Shown here: positions 11,587 through 22,189 of the stretch, piece after piece | Position numbering within the stretch: the first letter of the stretch is position 1 | Layout: each line of letters starts with the position of its first letter | DNA from: an uncultured Bacillales bacterium | GTDB taxonomy: Bacteria > Bacillota > Bacilli > Bacillales > CAVSKA01 | Length of the DNA: 64,000 bases | NCBI GenBank assembly: GCA_963728315.1 | Contig: CAVSKA010000018.1 | Span: 311,421 to 375,420, forward strand | Direction: 5' to 3' | Translations under genes and position numbers: made by a program | The notes under the pieces: generated by a model | What the model saw: only the letters and a program-made list of their open reading frames with translations | Databases searched by the model: none | What the model was told of the DNA's origin: nothing

Positions 11587-11634
11587 GGAAAAAGCACCAT
11601 GAAAGCTTCCTAAGCTTTCATGGTGCTTTTTCCT
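11587..11634 (+). terminator. long perfect hairpin after yrrS
   Basis: ggaaaaagcaccatgaaagctt (11587-11608) is the exact complement of aagctttcatggtgctttttcc (11613-11634). Confidence 0.7.
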
Positions 11635-11774
11635 ATTAATGGAATTTTTAGTAGTCGATTTGATAGTAAGTGATTTCGATTGGCAATCATTCTAAACATA
11701 TGATATGTTAAGAACAGTTTTTAATTTAATTCATAGTATACACATATGAATTATATACATTAAATAGGGGTGAC

Positions 11775-12417
11775 ATGATGGGTAGAGAATTTCTTTCCAT
11801 TTTTGAAAATTGGGCAGATGACTATGACAATTCCGTTAACGGACATGATGAAGAATATAAAAAAGTTTTTGAATATTATGATGCGATCTTAGAAAGGGTT
11901 GCAAACAAATCAACCGGTCGAGTAGTGGAGTTCGGAGCTGGCACAGGTAATTTAACAGCTAAATTATTTAAACAAGGAAAAATCGTCATTGCAATAGAGC
12001 CTTCTCCTGAAATGAGGTTAATTGGAGAGAAAAAATTAAATCATTCTGTGTCTTTCTTGGATGGCGATTTTTTAGAATTCCCTCCAATTGGAGATAGTTA
12101 ATACAATTGTAAGTACGTATGCCTTTCATCATTTAACAGATGAAGAAAAGAAAATCGCTTTCTCTAAGTATGGGAAAATTCTCGCAAAAGGTGATAAAAT
12201 AGTGTTTGCTGATACGATGTTTTTAACTCAGGATACTTATAATGATACAATTAACTCGGCAAAGAAAAATGGTTTTCATAATCTAGCTGAGGATTTACTA
12301 AGAGAACATTATACAACTATACCTGTTTTCGAATCCATTGCGAGTGATACAGGATTTACCGTTCAATTTGAACGTTGTAATGATTTCGTATGGCTATTGG
12401 AAGCAACTAAAGAATGA
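11775..12417 (+). pseudogene. yrrT: class I SAM-dependent methyltransferase (YrrT-like), split as sequenced near 12076-12099
   Basis: ORFs 11775..12101 and 12088..12417. The first has VVEFGAGTGNLT and ends GDFLEFPPIGDS-stop. The second frame continues VNTIVSTYAFHHLTDEEK. Together they give about 213 aa, as in YrrT. Confidence 0.8.
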
Positions 12418-12430
12418 AAAGAGGATAACG

Positions 12431-13147
12431 ATGAAAGTAGCAATAATTGGTGCAATGGAAGAAGAAGTAGTGTTATTAAGAAATGAAATCAAGGACCAAA
12501 CTGTTATCACGATTGCAGGCAGCGAATTTACATCTGGACAAATGGGAGAAGTGGAAGTTGTTTTGCTCAAATCCGGGATTGGTAAAGTAAATGCAGCAAT
12601 GTCTACTACCATTCTTTTAGATCGATTCAAGCCCGATGCGGTGATAAATACGGGTTCAGCTGGTGGATTTGATCCTACGCTAAACGTAGGGGATGTGGTG
12701 ATATCAACTGAGGTTCGTCACCATGATGTTGATGTTACTGCATTTGGGTACGAGTATGGTCAAGTACCACAGCTCCCAGCTGCTTTTCATTCGGATTCTG
12801 ATCTTCAAGCAATCGCTGAAGAAAGTGCAAAAGCCATTGAAGGGATAAGGATAGTGAAGGGCCTTATCGCTACCGGTGATTCATTTATGAGCGATCCAAC
12901 TCGAGTAGAAGCTTTACGAGATAAATTCCAAGGATTGCAAGCTCTTGAAATGGAAGCGGCTGCTATCGCTCAAGTTTGCTATTTATTTAAGGTACCTTTT
13001 GTTATAATCCGGGCTTTGTCAGATATTGCAGGTAAGGAATCAGACTTGTCATTTGAGCAGTTTTTGGAGCAAGCTGGCAGACATTCTGCCACTCAAGTAA
13101 TGAGTATGATTTATGCGATAGAGGCAAGAATCAAGACAACTTCATGA
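12431..13147 (+). CDS. mtnN: 5'-methylthioadenosine/S-adenosylhomocysteine nucleosidase
   Basis: ORF 12338..13147 with ATG 12431 after AGAGGA. Starts [13 protein letters not shown] and contains [10 protein letters not shown], hallmarks of MtnN/Pfs. Confidence 0.93.
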   Translation: MKVAIIGAMEEEVVLLRNEIKDQTVITIAGSEFTSGQMGEVEVVLLKSGIGKVNAAMSTTILLDRFKPDAVINTGSAGGFDPTLNVGDVVISTEVRHHDVDVTAFGYEYGQVPQLPAAFHSDSDLQAIAEESAKAIEGIRIVKGLIATGDSFMSDPTRVEALRDKFQGLQALEMEAAAIAQVCYLFKVPFVIIRALSDIAGKESDLSFEQFLEQAGRHSATQVMSMIYAIEARIKTTS

Positions 13148-13167
13148 TAAAGGAAGGATGAGTGAAT

Positions 13168-14091
13168 ATGGTCATTTATCATTCTATCCACGAACTAATT
13201 GGAAATACTCCGCTATTAGAACTTAAACAATTTGATCTCCCTGAGGGTGTCCATCTTTATGCAAAATTAGAGTTTTTAAATCCAGGTGGAAGTATTAAAG
13301 ATCGTCTTGGTCAAAAACTACTTGAGGATGCTTTTGCAAATGGAGACATCACAGTTGGGTCGACGATTATCGAACCAACTGCAGGTAATACAGGGATCGG
13401 AGTGGCCCTTGCAGCCATTAATAAAGGACTTGACGTCATTTTTTGTGTTCCTGAAAAATTCAGTGTAGAGAAGCAGGATATTATGAAAGCGCTTGGAGCC
13501 AAGCTTGAAATCACGCCAACTGAAAAAGGAATAAAAGGTGCGATCGAAAGGGCTCAGGAGCTTTTAGAAGAGATCCCGAATTCTTATTGTCCACAACAGT
13601 TTGCTAACCCATCTAATCCAATGACTTATTATGAAACATTAGGTCCGGAAATTTGGGAAGACCTGGATGGCAAGATTAATGTGTTTGTAGCAGGAGCAGG
13701 ATCTGGTGGAACGTTCATGGGTACGACCAATTATTTAAAAGAGCAAAATAAAGATATTAAAGCAGTCATTGTCGAGCCTGAAGGATCGATTATAAATGGA
13801 GGTGCATCAGGTCCCCACAAAACGGAAGGGATCGGGATGGAGTTTTTGCCTGAATTTATGAATCAAAACTTTTTTGACGCGATTTATACGATTTCAGATA
13901 TAGATGCGTTTCAACGTGTGAAAGAACTTGCTTTGAAAGAAGGGTTACTTGTCGGCAGCTCAGCTGGAGCAGCTCTGCATGCATCTCTAATTGAAGCAAA
14001 AAAAGCGATGCCAGGCACAAATATCGTAACCGTGTTTGCAGATGGTAGTGATCGATACTTAAGTAAAAAAATATATGATGGAGGAATTTAA
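13168..14091 (+). CDS. mccA: PLP-dependent cysteine synthase family enzyme, MccA-like (O-acetylserine-dependent cystathionine beta-synthase)
   Basis: ORF 13162..14091 with ATG 13168, 9 nt after GGAAGGA. Has the PLP-lysine context LEFLNPGGSIKDR. Follows yrrT-mtnN as in B. subtilis. Confidence 0.85.
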   Translation: MVIYHSIHELIGNTPLLELKQFDLPEGVHLYAKLEFLNPGGSIKDRLGQKLLEDAFANGDITVGSTIIEPTAGNTGIGVALAAINKGLDVIFCVPEKFSVEKQDIMKALGAKLEITPTEKGIKGAIERAQELLEEIPNSYCPQQFANPSNPMTYYETLGPEIWEDLDGKINVFVAGAGSGGTFMGTTNYLKEQNKDIKAVIVEPEGSIINGGASGPHKTEGIGMEFLPEFMNQNFFDAIYTISDIDAFQRVKELALKEGLLVGSSAGAALHASLIEAKKAMPGTNIVTVFADGSDRYLSKKIYDGGI

Positions 14092-15231
<1,140 letters not shown>

Positions 15232-15423
15232 TGTTTGACTTGCCATGAAGTTCGTCACTATTGAAACTATTAATTAAATCGAATTTCATTGGAGATTTCT
15301 CAGAACAATGGAAGAAAGATCGATCACTAGAGAATTAAAAGCTTAACAAAACAGCTTTTTTGGAAGTTCCATCATTATTAGTAAAATCTTTTATGGACCA
15401 TTTATTTCTGAAAAAAAATAAAT

Positions 15424-15464
15424 AAAAAAGAGGTAAGGGATTTTATTCCTTTGCCTCTTTTTGT
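15424..15464. terminator. bidirectional terminator between convergent mccB and sigK
   Basis: aaaaagaggtaagg...cctttgcctcttttt, with A-run and T-run on either side. It overlaps the last sigK codons. Confidence 0.55.
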
Positions 15465-16159
15465 TGGGTATTACGTACGTACTCATGAAACATCTTCATC
15501 AGAGCTCGTTTTTCTATTCTAGAAACATAACTTCTTGAGATGCCCAAAGATTTCGCAATTTCTCTCTGTGTTTTTTCTTCATCCAATCCAAGGCCAAAGC
15601 GACCAATCACAACTTCTTTTTCTCGATCATCTAAAACGTTCAAATATTTTTTAATTTTTTCAAGTTCCATCTGTAATTGTATGCTTTCTAAGATGTCATC
15701 AGACTCAGACTTTAGGATATCGATTAGTGAAATCTCATTCCCTTCTTTATCTTGACCAATTGGATCGTGTAAAGAAATATCTTTACGGGACTTTTTTAAA
15801 GCGCGCAAATACATAAGTATTTCATTTTCGATACATCTGGCAGCATAGGTGGCAAGTTTCGTTCCTTTTCCGGAAGAGTAGCTTTCGATACCTTTAATAA
15901 GACCGATTGTCCCTATTGATATAAGATCTTCAGGATCTTCACCTGTGTTATCAAATTTTTTGACAATGTGAGCGACTAATCGAAGATTATGTTCAATTAA
16001 TTTGTTCCTCGCTTCAGGATCTCCTTCTTTCCATAGATCTAAGCATTTCTTTTCTTCTTCTGAGGACAATGGCTGAGGGAAAGCTTGGTTTTTAACATAA
16101 GAAACAAAGAAAAAAAGCTCTTTAACTAAATAGGAAAGAGTAAAAAGAATGGTCGACAT
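15443..16159 (-). CDS. sigK: RNA polymerase sporulation sigma factor SigK (pro-sigma-K), uninterrupted
   Basis: ORF 15443..16435. The real start is ATG at 16159 behind GAAGGAGG. The product [40 protein letters not shown]...[15 protein letters not shown]...[18 protein letters not shown] matches pro-sigma-K along its whole length. Confidence 0.93.
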   Translation of the reverse strand: MSTILFTLSYLVKELFFFVSYVKNQAFPQPLSSEEEKKCLDLWKEGDPEARNKLIEHNLRLVAHIVKKFDNTGEDPEDLISIGTIGLIKGIESYSSGKGTKLATYAARCIENEILMYLRALKKSRKDISLHDPIGQDKEGNEISLIDILKSESDDILESIQLQMELEKIKKYLNVLDDREKEVVIGRFGLGLDEEKTQREIAKSLGISRSYVSRIEKRALMKMFHEYVRNTQQKEAKE

Positions 16160-16225
16160 TTGTATTCCTCCTTCTTCTGTATACATATGCGAACTGGAAG
16201 ATACATTTGCACGTCCTAAAACAGC

Positions 16226-16254
16226 AAAAAAAAACACCTTGGTATCAAGGTGAG
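16226..16254 (-). terminator. intrinsic terminator (minus strand) just upstream of the sigK promoter region
   Basis: On the minus strand, caccttg-atac-caaggtg is followed by nine T. Confidence 0.7.
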
Positions 16255-16604
16255 AAAATTTAAAATGGAGATTTACATTTGACTTTTTAGTGAACGGGGA
16301 AAGATGAATGACCTTAAAAAAGGGTGATAGCGGATATTTAATGTACTTCACAAAATACACAGATAAAATGATGGGAACGATCAAAAAAGAGGTATTTTCA
16401 ACGATCAATCCCTTTTTATATTCATCTCTTTTCAATGTCTGTCTTTCTTATGAAGAAAGTGTTGGAGAAGCAAAAAAAGCGATTATTTACAGATCGGATA
16501 CAAAAGTCTCGAAAAGGTAAGAAAAAGTAATCATTATCATGTATAATAAAAGCTTGCTATCTATTCTTTGAAGTAAAGTCAGGGTCAATGACCGGCTGCT
16601 CTGT

Positions 16605-16727
16605 TTAATTAAAAAGAGAACGTCTACGTAGCTCAGATTCGATTAGAGCTAGAAACTCTTGGCTCAACTGAAGCCTTTTAGCCTTCCGGTAAGATTCAAT
16701 TAATAATTCATCTGATAGATTATGCAT
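16605..16727 (-). CDS. sda: sporulation inhibitor Sda (KinA inhibitor, replication checkpoint)
   Basis: Not in the ORF track because it is shorter than 60 aa. The minus-strand ATG at 16727 follows GAGAGGAG. The product [40 protein letters not shown] matches the Sda [10 protein letters not shown]...LIE.E..RRSL pattern. It lies next to yqeG as in B. subtilis. Confidence 0.85.
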   Translation of the reverse strand: MHNLSDELLIESYRKAKRLQLSQEFLALIESELRRRSLFN

Positions 16728-16804
16728 AATATCTCCTCTCCAATCATATGTGAAAGTTTATAATCATACTGTATCAAATTGGTAGTGATAGAACAAGTAT
16801 TCGC

Positions 16805-16904
16805 TTATCCACATACGGTGGTGGATAAACTGTTGAAATGTTGTTAATAATTGGATTTTACTCTTCATTCGCAACGAATAATTTGGTGGATAAAGTTATC
16901 CACA
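16805..16904. promoter_or_regulatory. DnaA-box cluster in the sda/yqeG intergenic region
   Basis: TTATCCACA at 16805-16813 and 16896-16904. The complement gtggataaa occurs at 16821-16829 and 16886-16894. That makes four boxes arranged as two facing pairs. Confidence 0.8.
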
Positions 16905-17031
16905 ATTTCAATAATAACGTAAATTGTCGAAAAATAATTGTCATGATAATAAAATGATATTTTTGCTCCAATTAAAAACGTAGGATAAAATTAAATAAAA
17001 ATGAAATGTATAGATTCGTGAGGTGCATACA

Positions 17032-17553
17032 GTGTTAGAACATTTTTTACCCAATGAACAAGTGAAAACGGTCTTTGATATCCATCCAAGTGTTCTTAAA
17101 AAACGTGGAATAAAAGCGGTTATTACTGACTTAGACAACACTTTAGTTGCGTGGGACCGTCCGGATGCGACGCCTGAACTGATTGAGTGGTTTAAATTAT
17201 TGAAAGACCATGGAATTCAAGTTACGATCGTTTCGAATAATAACGAATTAAGAGTAAAAAGTTTTGCTAGTCCATTAGGCATTTCTTTTATTTTTAAAGC
17301 GAGAAAGCCAATGGGAAAAGCTTTTAGAAGGGCGACAAAAGCAATGAACGTAAAAAAAGAAGAAACGGTTGTTGTCGGAGATCAGTTATTAACAGATGTA
17401 TTAGGTGGGAATAGGAGTGGTTTTTACACGATTCTCGTTATTCCTGTAGCGAAAACAGACGGGTTTATTACAAAATTTAATCGTCAAATTGAAAGACGAT
17501 TATTAAATTGGTTTAAGAGAAAAGGCAAAATTAATTGGGAGGATAAATCGTGA
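17032..17553 (+). CDS. yqeG: HAD-IIIA family phosphatase YqeG
   Basis: ORF 17023..17553. GTG 17032 is 6 nt after GAGGTG. Contains GIKAVITDLDNTLVAW (HAD motif I) and VVGDQLLTDVLGGN. Confidence 0.9.
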   Translation: MLEHFLPNEQVKTVFDIHPSVLKKRGIKAVITDLDNTLVAWDRPDATPELIEWFKLLKDHGIQVTIVSNNNELRVKSFASPLGISFIFKARKPMGKAFRRATKAMNVKKEETVVVGDQLLTDVLGGNRSGFYTILVIPVAKTDGFITKFNRQIERRLLNWFKRKGKINWEDKS

Positions 17554-18656
17554 GTGAAGAATTGTTGCAATGTGCAGGTTGTGGTGTGTTAATTCAAACA
17601 GAAAATCCTGAAGGAATTGGATTTACGCCTCCTTCTGCTTTAAAAAAAGAATTGATTATCTGTCAAAGGTGCTTTCGTTTGAAACATTATAATGAAGTCC
17701 AAGATGTGTCATTAACGGACAGCGATTTCTTGAAAATTTTAAATCGAGTGGGAGAAAGCAAGGGACTTATTGTTAAATTAGTCGATATCTTCGATTTTAA
17801 TGGAAGCTGGCTGCCTGGGCTGCATCGATTTGTTGGGGATAATCCAATCCTGCTAATTGGAAATAAGGTTGATTTGCTACCGAAATCGGTGAAAAAAGAG
17901 CGTCTTATTAATTGGATGAAACAAGAAGCGAAAAATTTAGGGCTAAATCCAATTGATGTTTTATTAGTAAGTTCAGAAAAAGGCCAAAATATGCAAGAAG
18001 CGCTTCAAGCCATTGACTTCTTTCGTAATGGAGAAGATGTGTACGTAGTTGGAAGCACCAATGTTGGGAAGTCCACCTTTATTAACCGTGTCATAAAAGA
18101 AGCCACTGGAGAATCAGATGTAATCACTACTTCGCATTTTCCAGGAACTACGCTTGATACGATTGAAATTCCTCTTGACGATGGAAAAGCTTTAATTGAT
18201 ACACCAGGAATTATTAATCACCATCAAATGGCTCATTTTGTAGGCAAAAAAGATTTAGCGATTATTACGCCTAAAAAAGAGATCAAACCGAAAGTTTACC
18301 AATTAAATGAAGGACAAACTTTGTTTTTTGGTGGATTGGCGCGGTTTGACTACATTCAAGGTGGAAGAAGATCATTTACCTGTTACCTTTCCAATCAGCT
18401 TGAAATCCATCGTACAAAACTTGAAAAAGCGGATGCATTATATGAACAGCATGTGGGTGGATTATTACAACCACCAAATATGGAAAGTAAAGAGGATTTT
18501 CCTGAACTGGTACGACAAGAGTGGACGATCAAAGAACCAAAAACCGATATTGTTTTTTCTGGACTTGGGTGGATAACAGTTGCAGAAGCTGGCGCGACAG
18601 TTGCAGCATATGTGCCTAAAGGAGTTAATGCACTTCTTAGAAAATCCTTAATCTAA
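17550..18656 (+). CDS. yqeH: ribosome biogenesis GTPase YqeH (circularly permuted)
   Basis: 368 aa. N-terminal CxxC...CxRC zinc knuckle, then NKVDLLP before GSTNVGKST, the permuted G4-G1 order. Confidence 0.92.
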   Translation: MSEELLQCAGCGVLIQTENPEGIGFTPPSALKKELIICQRCFRLKHYNEVQDVSLTDSDFLKILNRVGESKGLIVKLVDIFDFNGSWLPGLHRFVGDNPILLIGNKVDLLPKSVKKERLINWMKQEAKNLGLNPIDVLLVSSEKGQNMQEALQAIDFFRNGEDVYVVGSTNVGKSTFINRVIKEATGESDVITTSHFPGTTLDTIEIPLDDGKALIDTPGIINHHQMAHFVGKKDLAIITPKKEIKPKVYQLNEGQTLFFGGLARFDYIQGGRRSFTCYLSNQLEIHRTKLEKADALYEQHVGGLLQPPNMESKEDFPELVRQEWTIKEPKTDIVFSGLGWITVAEAGATVAAYVPKGVNALLRKSLI

Positions 18657-18690
18657 AGCCTGATCATTGATTTTGATAGGAGGATGACTG

Positions 18691-19539
18691 ATGAAGAAGC
18701 TATTTGCTGTAATAGGAGATCCGATTGCACACTCAATGTCCCCGGACATTCACAACGATGCGTTTGATCGACTTGGTATGGATGCTCATTACCAAGCCTT
18801 TCAAATTAAGAGTGACCAACTAGAGGAAACACTTGATGCATTTAAATTATTAAAGGTCGAAGGATTCAATGTTACGATTCCTCATAAAACAAACGTTATC
18901 CCTTTCCTTGACCGAATAGATCCATTAGCAAAAGCGATTGGAGCAGTTAACACTGTCAAGAATGAAAATGGTGAGTGGGTTGGTTATAATACCGATGGTT
19001 TAGGTTTTTTTCAATCGTTAACAAATGCCGATCATTTTGACCTAAAGAATAAACAAGTATTGATTATTGGTGCAGGTGGTGCAGCGAGGGCCATTTATTT
19101 TACACTCGCACAAAAGGGAATAAAAAAAATTGATTTAACGAATCGTTCGATTTCAAAAGCCGACCAATTAAAAAAAGATTGTCCATTCGATGTAGAAACA
19201 AAGACTTGGTCTTTGGAAATCGCTGAATCTCTTTTAAATCGATACGATATTTTAGTTCAATGCACGTCGATTGGAATGACACCAGATGTCGACAAAACCC
19301 CGATTCAAGGATCTTTAATAAAAAAAAATTGTATCGCAATCGATATTGTTTATAATCCATTGGAAACCATGTTTCTTCAGAATGCTAAAAAGCAAGGAGC
19401 TCTAATCCAAAATGGGATTGGCATGTTTGTTCATCAAGCTGCGATTGCGTTTGAAATATGGACCGGACTCATTCCAGATATAAAAAAAATGAATGAATGC
19501 GTTTTACAAAAATTAGGAGGTAATTATGTTAACAGGTAA
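18691..19539 (+). CDS. aroE: shikimate dehydrogenase
   Basis: 282 aa. Contains VIGDPIAHSMSPDIHN, NVTIPHK and GAGGAARA. Confidence 0.92.
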   Translation: MKKLFAVIGDPIAHSMSPDIHNDAFDRLGMDAHYQAFQIKSDQLEETLDAFKLLKVEGFNVTIPHKTNVIPFLDRIDPLAKAIGAVNTVKNENGEWVGYNTDGLGFFQSLTNADHFDLKNKQVLIIGAGGAARAIYFTLAQKGIKKIDLTNRSISKADQLKKDCPFDVETKTWSLEIAESLLNRYDILVQCTSIGMTPDVDKTPIQGSLIKKNCIAIDIVYNPLETMFLQNAKKQGALIQNGIGMFVHQAAIAFEIWTGLIPDIKKMNECVLQKLGGNYVNR

Positions 19540-19816
19540 ACAAAAAAGCTATTTACGCTCGAAAGCTCACCACTTAAATCCGATTTTCCAAGTAGGAAAA
19601 GGCGGTGTCAATTCAAATATGACCGAACAAATTGGTCAAGCATTAGAAGTGAGAGAGTTATTAAAGGTAAGTATTCTGCAAAATTGTGAAGAAAACAAAA
19701 AAGATATCGCTGAGCAGTTGGTAAGAGGAACTAGAAGTGATTTGGTACAAGTTATTGGAAATATCATTGTTTTATATAAAGAATCAAGAGAAAATAAGCA
19801 AATCACACTACCTTAA
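19526..19816 (+). CDS. yhbY: YhbY/CRM-domain RNA-binding protein (YqeI)
   Basis: 96 aa starting MLTGKQKSYLRSKAHHLNPIFQVGKGGV. Confidence 0.88.
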   Translation: MLTGKQKSYLRSKAHHLNPIFQVGKGGVNSNMTEQIGQALEVRELLKVSILQNCEENKKDIAEQLVRGTRSDLVQVIGNIIVLYKESRENKQITLP

Positions 19817-19825
19817 GGTGAGTTT

Positions 19826-20407
19826 ATGAAGAAACAAAAAAAAATAGGGATTTTTGGTGGAACGTTCAATCCACCTCATATTGGACATCTTATCATTGCG
19901 AATGAAGTGAAGGACTCACTGAAGTTAGATGAAATTCGATTTTTACCAAACTATACTCCCCCGCACAAAGCGATTAGAGAGGGGATATCCGCAGAAGATC
20001 GAGAAAAAATGCTTGAACTTTCACTTGAAGGGAATTCTACTTTCAAAATTGAACGAGCAGAGTTAATCCGGGAAGGGACCTCGTATACCTTTGACACAAT
20101 GGATAAATTAATTCATATTGAGCCTGAAAGTGAGTTTTATTTTATTATTGGTGGAGATATGATTGAGTTTCTCCCTCGTTGGTATAAAATAGAAGAGCTA
20201 GTGACTAAGATCAAATTCGTTGGTGTATCAAGACCAGCTTATTCAAGTTCCAGCCATTTTCCAGTCATTATGGTTGAATGCCCTTTGATTGAAATTTCTT
20301 CTACTTTCATTCGCGAAAAAGTTGGCAAAAATCAATCAATCCGATATCTTGTGCCGAGCAAAGTCGAACAATATATTAAGGAGAACAACCTTTATGGATC
20401 GCATTGA
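19826..20407 (+). CDS. nadD: nicotinate-nucleotide adenylyltransferase
   Basis: 193 aa with GIFGGTFNPPHIGHL. Confidence 0.93.
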   Translation: MKKQKKIGIFGGTFNPPHIGHLIIANEVKDSLKLDEIRFLPNYTPPHKAIREGISAEDREKMLELSLEGNSTFKIERAELIREGTSYTFDTMDKLIHIEPESEFYFIIGGDMIEFLPRWYKIEELVTKIKFVGVSRPAYSSSSHFPVIMVECPLIEISSTFIREKVGKNQSIRYLVPSKVEQYIKENNLYGSH

Positions 20408-20966
20408 GGCATTAAGAATCATAAAAGAAAAATTACCGGAAAAGCGTTATTTGCATACACTAGGAGTAGTAGAAACAGCGGTTAAATTAGCAGATCATTA
20501 TCAAGAGGACAAAGAAAAAGCAGAATTAGCTGCAATCTTGCATGACTATGCAAAATTTTTCCCCGTTAAAGAAATGAAAAAAATCATGATTGAACAGCAA
20601 ATGGATCCACGTCTTTTGGAATTCAATCCCGAATTATGGCATGCTCCGGTGGCCGCATATATCGCCGAAAGTGAGTTTGGTATTATCGATAAGAATGTAC
20701 TTCATGCCATACAATTTCATACGTCTGGAAGAGCAAATATGAGTCTCCTAGAAAAAATCGTCTATATTGCTGACTATATCGAGCCAGGCAGAAATTTCCC
20801 TGGCGTAGAGGAAGTTCGATTAGCAGCAATGGAAAATATTGATCGCGCAATGGTTCTTGCGCTGAGAAATACGATGAATTTTTTAACGGAAAAACAGCAA
20901 CCTATTTTTCCAGATACACTTGCAGCATACAACAGTATTATACTTAACAGGGAGGAATTATTTTAA
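20394..20966 (+). CDS. yqeK: HD-domain protein YqeK (bis(5'-nucleosyl)-tetraphosphatase family)
   Basis: ORF 20289..20966 with ATG at 20394. Contains RYLHTLGV and AAILHDYAK. Overlaps the nadD end as in other Bacilli. Confidence 0.88.
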   Translation: MDRIEALRIIKEKLPEKRYLHTLGVVETAVKLADHYQEDKEKAELAAILHDYAKFFPVKEMKKIMIEQQMDPRLLEFNPELWHAPVAAYIAESEFGIIDKNVLHAIQFHTSGRANMSLLEKIVYIADYIEPGRNFPGVEEVRLAAMENIDRAMVLALRNTMNFLTEKQQPIFPDTLAAYNSIILNREELF

Positions 20967-21322
20967 TGGCAAAAAACGAATTACTAAATGCAGTATATCA
21001 AGCAGCAGATGACAAACGTGCGGAGGATATCGTCGCTTTAAATATGGAAGGAATTTCTTTAATCGCGGATTATTTTGTCATTTGTCACGGAAATTCAGAC
21101 AAACAAGTACAAGCTATTGCGAAAGAAATGAAAGAAAAAGCTGAAGAATTAGGTTTTAACGTCAACAGAATGGAAGGCTATGATGAAGCAAGATGGGTGT
21201 TAGTCGACCTTGGAGACGTAGTGGCACATATATTCCATCGTGATGAGCGTTCTTATTACAATTTAGAGCGTCTATGGGGAGATGCACCGCTCGAACATTT
21301 CCCAGATCAAATTAATTCATGA
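20966..21322 (+). CDS. rsfS: ribosome silencing factor RsfS
   Basis: 118 aa with ADYFVICHGNSDKQVQAI and WVLVDLGDVVAHIF. Confidence 0.92.
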   Translation: MAKNELLNAVYQAADDKRAEDIVALNMEGISLIADYFVICHGNSDKQVQAIAKEMKEKAEELGFNVNRMEGYDEARWVLVDLGDVVAHIFHRDERSYYNLERLWGDAPLEHFPDQINS

Positions 21323-22062
21323 TGTACGGAAAATTTGCAATGGTTTACGATCAGTTAATGAACGATGTGCCTTATCCAAAATGGGTCGACTTAGTTCAAG
21401 AAGTCAACAAAAGGATGGAAAGATCGAATCGTCGTTTATTAGATATAGGTTGTGGAACAGGCACGTTACCGATCATGCTTTCACAAGTTGGTTTTCACGT
21501 AACAGGGATCGATCTTTCAGAAGAAATGCTTGCAATTGCTCAACAGAAAGCGCAGTCTTTGGGACAGTCAATTTCTTTTTTTCAAATGGATATGACGAAT
21601 TTGGAAGAGATGGAAACATTTGATCTTATCACGATCTTTTGTGATTCAATCAATTACTTAACTACCCCTCTTGCTGTACAAAAAACGTTTCAAGGCGTGT
21701 ACGATCTACTTGATGATAGAGGTTATTTCTTGTTCGATACACACTCGATCCATAAGATTGAACATGTTTTCTTGAATCACTCTTATAGTTATATTAGTGA
21801 CGCGGTCTCTTATATATGGAATTGTTTTCCTGGAGAGAGTCCGAATAGTGTGGACCATGAACTTACCTTTTTTATTGAAGAAGAACAGACGGGGAAATAT
21901 GAACGTTTCGATGAAAATCATACACAAACAGCTTTTTCATCTGATGAATATAAGAAATGGTTAGAGGATATTGGTTTTCAAATTGAATCAATTTATGCTG
22001 ACTTCGACGAACAAGTGGATGATAACAAAGCAGAACGCCTGTTTTTTATTTGTAAAAAATAA
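21319..22062 (+). CDS. yqeM: class I SAM-dependent methyltransferase YqeM
   Basis: 247 aa with LLDIGCGTG. Syntenic with yqeM. Confidence 0.85.
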   Translation: MMYGKFAMVYDQLMNDVPYPKWVDLVQEVNKRMERSNRRLLDIGCGTGTLPIMLSQVGFHVTGIDLSEEMLAIAQQKAQSLGQSISFFQMDMTNLEEMETFDLITIFCDSINYLTTPLAVQKTFQGVYDLLDDRGYFLFDTHSIHKIEHVFLNHSYSYISDAVSYIWNCFPGESPNSVDHELTFFIEEEQTGKYERFDENHTQTAFSSDEYKKWLEDIGFQIESIYADFDEQVDDNKAERLFFICKK

Positions 22063-22078
22063 AACAGAAAATTAATAA

Positions 22079-22189
22079 GCTGCCTCCCAAGAAAAACCAT
22101 CGTTTCCTAATTCAATTGTCACAGCAAAGCAATCGACTTTGCTATCACAATTGAATTAGGAAAGATGGAAATTGTGAGGCAGTTTTTTT
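22079..22189 (+). terminator. unusually long (about 100 nt) hairpin plus T-run after yqeM
   Basis: Outer arms are gctgcctc (22079-22086) and gaggcag (22176-22182), followed by seven T. Inner arms are 22097-22129 and 22137-22168, about 30 of 33 positions paired, with a 7-nt loop. Confidence 0.7.

Noticed and set aside
11635-11774. S-box riboswitch or CymR operator upstream of yrrT-mtnN-mccAB
   Set aside because: I could find no S-box conserved helices or a convincing CymR-like site, only short AT-rich palindromes (catatgatatg, tatacacatatg).
16160-16435. In-frame upstream extension of sigK (ORF track 15443..16435, 330 aa)
   Set aside because: The extension reads through a strong terminator (16254-16226) and the promoter region. 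Pro-sigma-K homology begins at ATG 16159, which has a perfect RBS.
16308-16520. 70-aa plus-strand ORF between sigK and sda
   Set aside because: It has only a weak RBS, no terminator and no recognisable family. I kept it as a possibility inside a finding but did not call it as a gene.
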